Below, piece after piece: positions 28,516 to 38,351 of a stretch of 64,000 bases of DNA. The notes under the pieces are model-generated. The model was given only the letters and a program-made list of their open reading frames with translations, made no database searches and had not been told where the DNA came from. The stretch's first letter is position 1. Each line of letters begins with the position of its first letter. Both the position numbers and the translations under genes were made by a program. The stretch comes from a virus. Where the stretch lies: IMG/VR virus record IMGVR_UViG_3300036770_001537, one strand, 5' to 3'.

Positions 28516-30102
28516 TTAAAAATTTCCCCCGTCGAGCATTCCGAACTGTGGAATACCGGAAGCACCTGCTTGTAAAACTTGTCCTTCAGTACCAGCAGAA
28601 GTTATGTTAATTGGTCCAGAAGTATTACCATATAAAATTCCATTTTGTGTGAATGAACTTCTGCCCGTTCCACCATATGTAACCTGAACGATATCAGCAT
28701 TCCAAGTACCAGATACTATTGTTCCAAGTCCTGTAATACCAGAATAATCTCCTGTCACTCTACCAGATGGAATGGTTCCGACTGTTAAGAATGAAGCATT
28801 ACCGGCATTTACATTCGCAGTGTTTGCTTTATCGTAAGCTGTGTTGGCTGTTAATTGAGCGGCATTTGCTGAATCATATGCAGAGTTGGAATTTAAGAAT
28901 GCACCATTGGCTGCATTATAAGCAACATTTGCAGTTAATAGACCAGCATTAGCAGCAGCAAATGAAACATTAGAATTTAAGAATGCAGCATTAGCAGCAT
29001 TGAATCCAACATTAGAATTTAAGAATGCAGCATTAGCAGCATCAAATGAAACATTAGAATTTAAGAATGCAGCATTACCAGCAGCAAATGCAGCATTTGC
29101 TGCATCATATGATGATCTGATCCACACTGTTGTATTTGTACCAGATAGAATTAGATTTGTTGTTCTAATGTCTGCATTCAACACTGCAAGAGTAAAGTTA
29201 TTTCCATTTGGATCAATGTGATTATTGATTGGTTCTTCATTATATTCTTGGAAGATATAATATTCTTTGGTAGAATGATCTCTATAAACACCAGTGTGAA
29301 CATTTTGTCCTGTGGAATTGACATAGTTGGCAATAAAACCAATATCAACTATGTCGGAAACATAGTTATTACCAGCAAGATAGATTAGTGGATCAGATAC
29401 TCTTAGTGTTTCAGAGTCTACAACATATGTGTTACCAGAAATTACAAGATCACCAACGATAGAAACGTCACCAGTTACTGTACCACCTGATGTTGAAAGT
29501 CGTGTATTAGAATCATCGAATGCCGAATTTGCTGTAATATATGCAGAATTAGCAGCATTGAATCCTACATTAGAGTTTAGAAAAGCAGCATTAGCAGCAT
29601 CATATGCAGTATTTGCTGTCAATTGTCCGGCATTAGCTGAATTATATGCAGAGTTGGAATTTAGAAAAGCTGCATTCGCAGCATTGAATCCAACATTAGA
29701 ATTTAAGAATGCAGCATTAGCAGCAGCAAATGAAACATTAGAATTTAAGAATGCGGCATTAGCAGCATTGAATCCAACATTAGAATTTAAGAATGCAGCA
29801 TTCGCAGCATTGAATCCAACATTAGAATTTAAGAATGCAGCATTAGCAGCATCAAAGATTAGATTTGATGAAGTGAATCCAGTGTTTGCAGTCAAAAATG
29901 CTGCATTTGCAACATTGAAAATTGTGTTTGATAAATCTACATAAAACTTACCACCAATTGCTATGACACCAGAGCCATCAGATGTTCCTATGAATAATTT
30001 TTCTGAGAGATATGAATATGCTGGTTCAGCAGCAGTTAATGTGCCAGACGTAGGAACAGTAGTGGTGCTTGATCTTTTGATCTGAATTATTGTATTTGCC
30101 AT
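28516..30102 (-). CDS. Tail fibre with Asn/Ala coiled-coil repeats
   Basis: IQIKRSS...AEPAYS...KLFIG anchor; two tracts of NAANAAFLNSNVGF; VSDPLIYL head motif; GGTG; terminal DGGNF. Confidence 0.8.
   Translation of the reverse strand: MANTIIQIKRSSTTTVPTSGTLTAAEPAYSYLSEKLFIGTSDGSGVIAIGGKFYVDLSNTIFNVANAAFLTANTGFTSSNLIFDAANAAFLNSNVGFNAANAAFLNSNVGFNAANAAFLNSNVSFAAANAAFLNSNVGFNAANAAFLNSNSAYNSANAGQLTANTAYDAANAAFLNSNVGFNAANSAYITANSAFDDSNTRLSTSGGTVTGDVSIVGDLVISGNTYVVDSETLRVSDPLIYLAGNNYVSDIVDIGFIANYVNSTGQNVHTGVYRDHSTKEYYIFQEYNEEPINNHIDPNGNNFTLAVLNADIRTTNLILSGTNTTVWIRSSYDAANAAFAAGNAAFLNSNVSFDAANAAFLNSNVGFNAANAAFLNSNVSFAAANAGLLTANVAYNAANGAFLNSNSAYDSANAAQLTANTAYDKANTANVNAGNASFLTVGTIPSGRVTGDYSGITGLGTIVSGTWNADIVQVTYGGTGRSSFTQNGILYGNTSGPINITSAGTEGQVLQAGASGIPQFGMLDGGNF
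29520..29915 (-). repeat. 42-bp (14-aa) coding tandem repeats; second tract at about 28800-29110
   Basis: gcagcattgaatccaacattagaatttaagaatgcagcatt units; boundaries approximate. Confidence 0.85.
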
Positions 30103-30103
30103 T

Positions 30104-30331
30104 TCAGAAAGTTCCTCCGTTTACGATTGGCAATTCTTTGATCACATATTTTCCTGTTGCTGAATCATAAACCAAGGTGTCATTATTATCTGGTGATGAT
30201 GCATCAACATCTATCAAACCCGATAATTTATTTCCTGAAGAAATTCCTATAGATCGTATAATCGATCTTTGTTGATTGTTTATAGAAACTCTATTTTTTG
30301 GTGTTGAAGTTACTGTTACTTTTGTGCCCAT
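30104..30331 (-). CDS. Small virion protein
   Basis: LSGLIDVD...LVYDSATGKY motif; terminal NGGTF. Confidence 0.6.
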   Translation of the reverse strand: MGTKVTVTSTPKNRVSINNQQRSIIRSIGISSGNKLSGLIDVDASSPDNNDTLVYDSATGKYVIKELPIVNGGTF

Positions 30332-30369
30332 TTTACTTTGTGACCGATTTTAAATTGCTTTTAGATTTC

Positions 30370-30708
30370 TCATCTCGTGCAAGAAGGAGAAATTGTTATG
30401 ATACCTTCAAGTATTCTACTTACAGAATTTGCATCATCAGTAGATTTCACATCAAACACATATCTTCCGGGTTTTATATTAGCAGTATTTGAAGCTGACA
30501 TAGACATAGTAACTTCTCCATTAGCAGCATTTGTTATAGTGCATACTATATTTGCTGTGATGTTTGCTGAATAATATGATCGTCTTACTTGACTTTCGAA
30601 AGAATATCCTGAAATATTCACAGCAGCATTCGTAACATCATCTGTAATGTTGATGACATTATTAAATGTTGTTCCTTGATCTACTACCAATTCTACGTAT
30701 GCTGCCAT
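30370..30708 (-). CDS. Conserved Ig-like virion protein
   Basis: VDQGTTF...SQVRRSY...GRYVFDV...RILEG. Confidence 0.65.
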   Translation of the reverse strand: MAAYVELVVDQGTTFNNVINITDDVTNAAVNISGYSFESQVRRSYYSANITANIVCTITNAANGEVTMSMSASNTANIKPGRYVFDVKSTDDANSVSRILEGIITISPSCTR

Positions 30709-30921
30709 TTATCTTGATAGACCTTTTAATAATTGTTTGATTTCTTCCATATCAGATTTCAAAGATGAAAGATCATTTTCAAGTTTTATCAATTTCATAT
30801 CTTTCATCTTCGATTTTTTATATGATATCAAAGCGTCCTTATCTTTATTTATCAATATTCCATCAGTTACTTTATATATACCTTTAACGTCCGTTTTCAT
30901 TCCTGACATCATACACCTCAC
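30709..30921 (-). CDS. Small coiled-coil protein downstream of the VrlC-like gene
   Basis: GILINKD...LKSDMEEIKQLL; exact start uncertain. Confidence 0.55.
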   Translation of the reverse strand: MRCMMSGMKTDVKGIYKVTDGILINKDKDALISYKKSKMKDMKLIKLENDLSSLKSDMEEIKQLLKGLSR

Positions 30922-33900
30922 AATTGTAGTGCAATAGCACGTAAATCTGTCACTCTAGGGATTCTAGATGCATCATCTGATCCAAGACCAATTTTTATTG
31001 CATAATGTTTGAATCTAGTGAATTTCTGTCCGCTATCTGAAACATACTCAACTATTCCAGGATCACCAACGCTATCTAATCCAGTCATAACAGATATTGG
31101 GAATTTGAATCCATATTCTATAAAATTATTTTTATTAGACAGTGATGAATATACATCACTTTTATTTATGTAGTCTAATTTGATCCAAGGCCTATCAGAG
31201 AATGCGGTGTCGTCTTCTCCATTAAGGATTTTTACCCAGACATATATTTCGGTTCCGGGTGGTCTATATGCCGTTAAAATAACATTTAAATCCTCAGCAT
31301 CTTGGTCGGTAGCCAACGTAATTTGTTTACTCAAGTATGTATTTATTAGATTGCCGCCTCTAGATAAATCTTCGTTTGTGATATCATTATTTAGAAGATA
31401 ATCTACAAATATTGTATGTGTTCTATTTAAGTCCAAAACAGGGGACACATATTCACTACTGGTTCTCATTGTAGTTCTAATTTGATTAGACTGTAAACCT
31501 CCAAAATCATTAATTTCATCTGTTCTAGAATAGAGTGCTCTTTCGGAATCGAAACCATAATCGTTTCTATCTGAAATATACATGAAATCACCTACAACAG
31601 AAGTGTTAGATATAGATTTCATTTCAAATGAGACAACACATGGAGAAAAGTTCAAATACTGTGGTTCAAATTTAACAGTAGAATACCTTTGTCTATCTAT
31701 AGATTCTACATTGAATTGTTGTCCAGAATATAGTCCTCTAATAGTATCGTTTGCTAATATAATTCCATTTGAATCTTTTAATCTAATTCTGTAATCTGGA
31801 TTATTATCATCAAATTTATAAAGAGTTGCAAAAGTATTCGCGATTGATACTACATTAGCGGTTACTCCCTTAGATACTAAATTTGATCCATAATATGCAG
31901 TGACTGTCTCTCCTATTTCAAATCCACTATTGGACATTATATAGAGTGGTGATGATGCTGTTAATACTATAGAGTTGGCGGTTGAATTTGCTCCTACCAA
32001 TACATCTCCATCTTCAATTATGCCACCAACTGGAGGATTTTGAAGAGTTAGTCTGTCGTTACCCAAAACGGGTTCGCCAATATACGTTAATGGCGAAGAT
32101 AGATTATTTGCTTTAATAAATTCTATTGGTTTATTGCCGATGGTAACAACACCGTTAATATTTTTCACGAAACTTGCTCTATAAAATTTTACTTTTAGAT
32201 CAATACCATCAACTATATCCCAATTTAAATTATTATTTGTGGTATATAGAGTTCCTGTTAGTGGTCTAGATACATATCTAGACCCAGTTAGTAAATCTAT
32301 ATTTCTTGGTGTTGTAGAAGGTGATCCCAGTGCCTGTGCATTTATATCTGCGACGTATGTTCTATAGCCAGGATTGATTCCAGCGGTGTGTATGATAAAA
32401 GCATACTGATGTCCGTTTTTCAGAAATATTGGACATGGGAATTTCACATTAAATGGGACAGAACTATCATCGCTGGTAACAATGTCGCTTGATTCATACC
32501 ATACTTCACTATATGGAATTGTATTTCTAGTTATTGATCCACCGGAGTCCATTTCTCTAATTTCAAACCAAACCCCCAATTCTGGATGTTTTGACGAAAA
32601 GAATGTATCAACACTTGTTATAAATATGCCTTCTTCTCCTTCGGGTGCATTTATATAAAATGAATACCCTAAACAAGAATATTCTCTTCTACCGTATGTC
32701 CCTCTAACCCTGGTGCCATACCTATCTTCTGGCAATAATGGTGGATATATTGTTGTTATTCTAGTAGATTGTATTAGTCCTTGTCTTGTTGTATTTATAC
32801 CAGAAGCGTAGAAATTGTTGACTGCAACCGATGTTGGATTGTCTGCATTAGTTCTGCTGTCAGTGACTATTACTTGTTTATTACCAACAGTGAATTTTTT
32901 CACATCTGTATTAGGAATCCTTAGTGCAGCATATATTTTACCATCATCATCAGATATTAAAGACGATCCTTCTGATTGTGAAGGTCTTATAGAAGGTGCA
33001 GTTGAATTTAAGTCTGCGAAAAATTCAGATTCGTCTAGTGGGGTGACGAAATCTGACATATTTTCGCCGTCAAAAAATACATAATGTCTTGTTCTTGGTA
33101 GAAGTCCAATGGCATTTATTAATATTTTTTGTGGTCTGATATATGTAACGGCAGATACGTCTGTTACAAAATTTCCTAATGCATTTTCTTCTATAGCAGA
33201 AGTCGAAGACCCAGAAATTCCAGATCTAACTTCTGTATAATCCTCAACAATGTCTACACTTATATTTGGACCCGAATACCAAGATACATTTTTAACTGCA
33301 TCTGGTCCAGCAATTAATTTTGCTTCAAAGAACGCAAACTCTTGGGCAGAAACTACTGTACCTTCGGCTCCCCAATAGTTATTATAATAATTGCGATTTC
33401 TTCCTGTTGTGTCGCCGCCTGCACCTGCTGCATATATTGTATATGTTCTATTAGGATCATATCTCCTTATAACAACGCCAGTTTCTTTATTGACTAGAGA
33501 ATATCCGGTCACTGATCTCGTCCATGATCTATTATCTCTAGTCGTTCCGATATTTGTTACATATGTATTGATTGTATTTGGTGGTATTATTGTAGTGTCT
33601 ACCCAAACATCCGTTGGTGGATTTAAATTTAAAGTTCCACTATAATTGAATATTGAAGTTTCTATGTTTCTATCTGTTGTTGCATATGGTTGATTTAGAA
33701 ATTCAACTTCATCATAATCTAATGTTATAACGCCAATTTCAGTATTTGAAAAAATATAACTGTTATTGGATACTATATTATAATATAGAGATTCTTCATT
33801 GAATATTGGAGTTACACTTCTTTCTTGTTTATCTACCGAAATTTTGTAATCTGGATTTCTAGTATCGCCCAAACTGTGATCGCTGAACGAGTCTACGAAA

Positions 33901-36900
33901 ATTCCATTTTTAAATCTATTTAAGCCATTCTCATCTAATATTTGCATATCTAATGCATCTTTTTCAAGAGCATTTAAACTCGCATAATATTCAAGATTAT
34001 CAACCCTCTCTCGAATTGTTCCAATATCCTTCATGGTATATCTTCTATTCAAGGTTTTTTGTTGAGAGCATGATATGTCAAGCCTTCCTATGGTTTGTGC
34101 ATATTCTGGCGAAAGTGAAGGATATGGTGCAATAGTCAATACTGCCAATGTCATCGTTTCATCAATTGGTGACGGTGCCACTGGATTTGATGATGGGGTT
34201 CCATTTTTAATGGAATAAATATTATTTTTATTCACATAAACTATATCTTTTCTTGCATTATAGTATGAGAAATCGAAAATGATTTGAGAGGAATCTGCTG
34301 GTAGTCTGAATCCTACACCATCATTTTTGAATGTTCTTATATCTGATGGATTTTCTGTTGCTCCCGCAATTGTCGTAGAATCCGATGCAGTATTAGTTTT
34401 TATTGGTCTAAAATCTAAGTGATTTCTTAGATCATATATTACACCTGTAGTTGGTGATTTGAATATTGGAATTTGCTCTGTTCTTATTTCTGATGATGAT
34501 GTATTATCATCATTTATTGGATATGAATCAATTGAAAAATATCCTTTGCCGCTAGTAAAATCGTGGTCAAAATAATCCAATTTTACTAATAAATATTCTG
34601 AACTCGACAATGTAATTTTATCGGGATTTATTTTGGCATGGTCTACATAATATTCATAATTGCCGTCAAGCAGAGAGAAGAATTTTGTTACATCAGTGCC
34701 TTCTGTGCCAGTAGTAAATGTTGAATTGTGCTTTCTAATTTCTTTTATTCTGAATATGTCAGATATGCCGAGATTGAAAGGTCCGGTTGTTCCTGCACTA
34801 GAACAATTAATAACCACATATCTATCGCTTTTCAAAGTTTTAGTTGCTTCTTTTGCAGAATTTCTTGATGCATTATATGTTAGAGATAATGATGCTGTAT
34901 TAGAAAATGTTTCTTTCAGATCAAAATTTAATTGTGTTGTTGACGCAGATGTAACGGTTCTCTCAACACCTGTTACACCTTTAGTGGTAAGATCAACAAA
35001 ATCACCAATTTCATATTTTTTCACAAATGCATAATTTGTTACTGTTGATGATAGCGTAGGATATACATTAATTTCTGTTCCGCTTGTAATAGCAGTGATA
35101 GTATAAATTCCAATATCAGTATTTGTGAAAGCAATTTTATCGCCAACATTAAAGTTGTTGAATGATGTAGCAACACCTAACAATCCATTGGGTGATGTAT
35201 TGGAGACTACTCCAGAGGTTGATACTTCTGTTGGCGAAATGAATGTTAATAGAAACTCTTTCTTTTCAGTGTCGCTAAGGCTTCCTACTGTATATGGAAA
35301 AACTTCTCCACCAGAAATGGTTGCCGCAAATGTTCCTGTGCTTGTTATTGTGGAGTCGGTTTTTCTAAAAGTGAATGTTGTGTCTGGATTGCTAGAATCA
35401 TCTCGTATAGTTCTGGTTGCATCCGATCCTGTATAATATAAGAATTTGCCGATAGAAGTATCTTCTAATGTAGCAAGATTCGAATTGTTAAGTACAACAT
35501 CAGCACTGAAAATTACGGAACCGCTGTTAGAATATAAACTTTTAACATTAGATGAAATAGTGTTACTGCCATTCATCTCAATATCAAAAAGATATACTTT
35601 TATTTGAGAATTTGATGTTCCAAGTGTTCCACTATCATAGTATGCAGAAGATAGTTTTGCTGTCCCTACTATGTTACCTGTTTGTGAGCCTGTGGACCAT
35701 TTCCGACCAGATATTCTATTTTGTGCTGTATCATATAGATATATGTCTATAACTTTATCATGAATAAGCGGACCAACAGCCTCATCACAAAGAAGATAAT
35801 TTCCAAGTCTTGTTGATACGATCTGCGAATTGATATTTGAGAATGTATTCGACTTATCTATGGTTAGAAAAGTTGGTGCAATTGCACCAATTTCATATCC
35901 TCTCACATAACCTGTTCCTGGTTCAACCACAACTGTTAATTTTTCACTGTCTCCACCATTTGTCAAAGAAAGGTATCCAAAATTATTACCAGTGTCTAAG
36001 TTTTCTCTAATTTTTACACTAAGTCCATATGAATAATAATCACCAGATTCATCATAAGTTCTTTTTGCTAATTCATCCAAAATGGCAGAGTATTGTGTTC
36101 TCTGATTTCTTTCTTGCACAACACCATCTTTAACAGAAATCAATTTTATATATTCTGATGAATCGATTTGTTCACTTACGTCATATCTTACCAATCTTGC
36201 ACTAATTTTAAATCTATTTGCTCCTGGTGCAGAATAATTTGATGACTCTAATGCTGGATCAAGTAGAGATATGTCTTCGTTGCTACTAATAATACTCTCA
36301 GATAATACGAATCCTACCTGACAATTTGCATTTTGACTATATCTATCTGCTATGATTGATTGGGATTGGAAAGATATAAAATGTTCTTTGGCAAATACTA
36401 CACCTTCATTGATTCTAAAGATAGAACCAAATCCCGATGAGTTTGCCGATGCCGTATAAATCGAAGGTAGTGTGTTTGATAACAATACTTCATCATCGAT
36501 GAATGTTGATAGATTTGCTGTTGGGTTTCCATTTAGCCAACCAATATATAATGTTTTTGTATTTTGAGATGTTCCATCACCATCCAAGGCATCAATAACT
36601 CTAGCACTTATGTTTGAAGTGGCTCCTGTCAATACTGTGTTGACGTAACTGAATACATTTACTGTTCCGTTTGAAGAGTCTGTATTTTTTATTTTAATAT
36701 ATGGGATTCTCGATAATGTAAATTTTCCTCTATTTTCATCACTATCTAATACTAATGTACCTTCTTTGAAAATATGTCTACCAAATCTATTAATCTGTTT
36801 TTGAAGAATAGTTTGAGATTGTGTCAATTCTCGTGCCTGAACAGCATATCCTGGACGATATAAAATTCTATAAAATTCTTTTGTATCGTCATAATCATCA

Positions 36901-36959
36901 TAATATGGCGATACATTAAAATTTGTTGTCAATGTTGAATTTGCTGTTGTGTCGGCCAT
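30918..36959 (-). CDS. Large baseplate/virion structural protein (VrlC/DUF4815-like), 2013 aa
   Basis: NVSPYYDDY, YRPGYAVQARELTQSQ, APGANRF, RRYTMKDIG, NRFKNGIFVD, terminal DLRAIAL. Confidence 0.85.
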   Translation of the reverse strand: MADTTANSTLTTNFNVSPYYDDYDDTKEFYRILYRPGYAVQARELTQSQTILQKQINRFGRHIFKEGTLVLDSDENRGKFTLSRIPYIKIKNTDSSNGTVNVFSYVNTVLTGATSNISARVIDALDGDGTSQNTKTLYIGWLNGNPTANLSTFIDDEVLLSNTLPSIYTASANSSGFGSIFRINEGVVFAKEHFISFQSQSIIADRYSQNANCQVGFVLSESIISSNEDISLLDPALESSNYSAPGANRFKISARLVRYDVSEQIDSSEYIKLISVKDGVVQERNQRTQYSAILDELAKRTYDESGDYYSYGLSVKIRENLDTGNNFGYLSLTNGGDSEKLTVVVEPGTGYVRGYEIGAIAPTFLTIDKSNTFSNINSQIVSTRLGNYLLCDEAVGPLIHDKVIDIYLYDTAQNRISGRKWSTGSQTGNIVGTAKLSSAYYDSGTLGTSNSQIKVYLFDIEMNGSNTISSNVKSLYSNSGSVIFSADVVLNNSNLATLEDTSIGKFLYYTGSDATRTIRDDSSNPDTTFTFRKTDSTITSTGTFAATISGGEVFPYTVGSLSDTEKKEFLLTFISPTEVSTSGVVSNTSPNGLLGVATSFNNFNVGDKIAFTNTDIGIYTITAITSGTEINVYPTLSSTVTNYAFVKKYEIGDFVDLTTKGVTGVERTVTSASTTQLNFDLKETFSNTASLSLTYNASRNSAKEATKTLKSDRYVVINCSSAGTTGPFNLGISDIFRIKEIRKHNSTFTTGTEGTDVTKFFSLLDGNYEYYVDHAKINPDKITLSSSEYLLVKLDYFDHDFTSGKGYFSIDSYPINDDNTSSSEIRTEQIPIFKSPTTGVIYDLRNHLDFRPIKTNTASDSTTIAGATENPSDIRTFKNDGVGFRLPADSSQIIFDFSYYNARKDIVYVNKNNIYSIKNGTPSSNPVAPSPIDETMTLAVLTIAPYPSLSPEYAQTIGRLDISCSQQKTLNRRYTMKDIGTIRERVDNLEYYASLNALEKDALDMQILDENGLNRFKNGIFVDSFSDHSLGDTRNPDYKISVDKQERSVTPIFNEESLYYNIVSNNSYIFSNTEIGVITLDYDEVEFLNQPYATTDRNIETSIFNYSGTLNLNPPTDVWVDTTIIPPNTINTYVTNIGTTRDNRSWTRSVTGYSLVNKETGVVIRRYDPNRTYTIYAAGAGGDTTGRNRNYYNNYWGAEGTVVSAQEFAFFEAKLIAGPDAVKNVSWYSGPNISVDIVEDYTEVRSGISGSSTSAIEENALGNFVTDVSAVTYIRPQKILINAIGLLPRTRHYVFFDGENMSDFVTPLDESEFFADLNSTAPSIRPSQSEGSSLISDDDGKIYAALRIPNTDVKKFTVGNKQVIVTDSRTNADNPTSVAVNNFYASGINTTRQGLIQSTRITTIYPPLLPEDRYGTRVRGTYGRREYSCLGYSFYINAPEGEEGIFITSVDTFFSSKHPELGVWFEIREMDSGGSITRNTIPYSEVWYESSDIVTSDDSSVPFNVKFPCPIFLKNGHQYAFIIHTAGINPGYRTYVADINAQALGSPSTTPRNIDLLTGSRYVSRPLTGTLYTTNNNLNWDIVDGIDLKVKFYRASFVKNINGVVTIGNKPIEFIKANNLSSPLTYIGEPVLGNDRLTLQNPPVGGIIEDGDVLVGANSTANSIVLTASSPLYIMSNSGFEIGETVTAYYGSNLVSKGVTANVVSIANTFATLYKFDDNNPDYRIRLKDSNGIILANDTIRGLYSGQQFNVESIDRQRYSTVKFEPQYLNFSPCVVSFEMKSISNTSVVGDFMYISDRNDYGFDSERALYSRTDEINDFGGLQSNQIRTTMRTSSEYVSPVLDLNRTHTIFVDYLLNNDITNEDLSRGGNLINTYLSKQITLATDQDAEDLNVILTAYRPPGTEIYVWVKILNGEDDTAFSDRPWIKLDYINKSDVYSSLSNKNNFIEYGFKFPISVMTGLDSVGDPGIVEYVSDSGQKFTRFKHYAIKIGLGSDDASRIPRVTDLRAIALQL

Positions 36960-37008
36960 TTACCCTTTTCCTTTTAAAACATTATTATATTTGAATGTTA
37001 TATCCACT

Positions 37009-38334
37009 TTAAAATTTTACGACGATTTTAATATCTTCTATTTGATCTAATGATCTTTGTATTGGTTCAATATTATCAACATATAAAATTTTTCCTGAAT
37101 ATTTTTTCAGATCTCCATAATCTATACTTGATACCACTCTAGATGCAAAACTTTCTAAACCAATAAGAGATTGTGATGCTCTAGGTGAGCCTATTGTATT
37201 TATTAAATATAAATTATTATTGGCTTCGTCCCAAGTAACAACTCTGCCACTAAAAATTGAATTTGACAAACTCACACCCTGATATACTTTTTCATCTTTT
37301 TTATAATTACCCGTACCAGACAATGTTAACATCATACATTGATTTACAAGCCTATATGTTGCAATGTTAGATGTTGCATATGTATATGGGTCTTTTATGA
37401 TAGAAATCTGTCTAAAATCATTATCAGCGATTATCTGCCCATCTTCATCATATCTTATTTGTGTATTTATCATAATGTTTTTTCCACCCAATTCATATAA
37501 TGGGTCGGAACCGTGACCACCAATTGGACTAATTATTGCTCTTGCAGATGCCCCAGAACCATATATATCTTCGATAGAAACAGTAGCATACGTGTAACCT
37601 GTTCCAGAGTCTGTAATTACTATAGTATCTACAGTCTCTGATATTGAATTTATAGTTGCCTCTGCGGTTGCACCTGTTCCGTCGCCAGATATAGTTATCG
37701 TTATACTGCTTGCATTACTATATCCTGACCCTGCATTTGTTAATTCTATAAAATCTATGGAGCCCGGTGTTGCATATGATTGAACCTGCCATTGTAATGA
37801 GCCATCATCAATTGTTAAAGTTTTAACCGGAATGTAATTTTCTGTAGTATATCTAATCTGTTCAGAGTCCGATATTGTATACATATATTTCCAAATATAT
37901 CCGTCCGAAGTATATGAGGATATTTGTGGATTTACTGATGTTGGTTCAACAGTTGATATTGACCCGTTTGCATTTGATATGCATTTGTATACAGAAAAAT
38001 CTTCATTCATAACATAGAACTGTGTTGATCCGTCAAATAGATTTGTATTTATATGATCATATGCAGTATATGTGTTACCGGAAACCCAATTATATCTTGG
38101 GATCACATGAAATAAATCTCCACCGAATAGCCTTTTGGCTCCGATCATGTTGTCCCATATTTCATACCGTGTTGCAATTGAAGAATTTGCTACTGTAGGG
38201 GAATCATTAGCGTCCCAAGAATCTGTCTTACCGTATGTTATGTAAAGAACAGTATTTGGAGATGGCTCTGTTATAGATTCCTTAAACTGCTCCGCATTAT
38301 TAATTCTCAAATCTATAAATGCTGTTGATGACAT
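37009..38334 (-). CDS. gp8: Baseplate wedge subunit
   Basis: FYVMN...VYKCISN, DGYIWKYMYTI, GGHGSDP..ELG, NDFRQ, EDIKIVVKF. Confidence 0.88.
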   Translation of the reverse strand: MSSTAFIDLRINNAEQFKESITEPSPNTVLYITYGKTDSWDANDSPTVANSSIATRYEIWDNMIGAKRLFGGDLFHVIPRYNWVSGNTYTAYDHINTNLFDGSTQFYVMNEDFSVYKCISNANGSISTVEPTSVNPQISSYTSDGYIWKYMYTISDSEQIRYTTENYIPVKTLTIDDGSLQWQVQSYATPGSIDFIELTNAGSGYSNASSITITISGDGTGATAEATINSISETVDTIVITDSGTGYTYATVSIEDIYGSGASARAIISPIGGHGSDPLYELGGKNIMINTQIRYDEDGQIIADNDFRQISIIKDPYTYATSNIATYRLVNQCMMLTLSGTGNYKKDEKVYQGVSLSNSIFSGRVVTWDEANNNLYLINTIGSPRASQSLIGLESFASRVVSSIDYGDLKKYSGKILYVDNIEPIQRSLDQIEDIKIVVKF

Positions 38335-38351
38335 ATTTTATATCCTAATCC

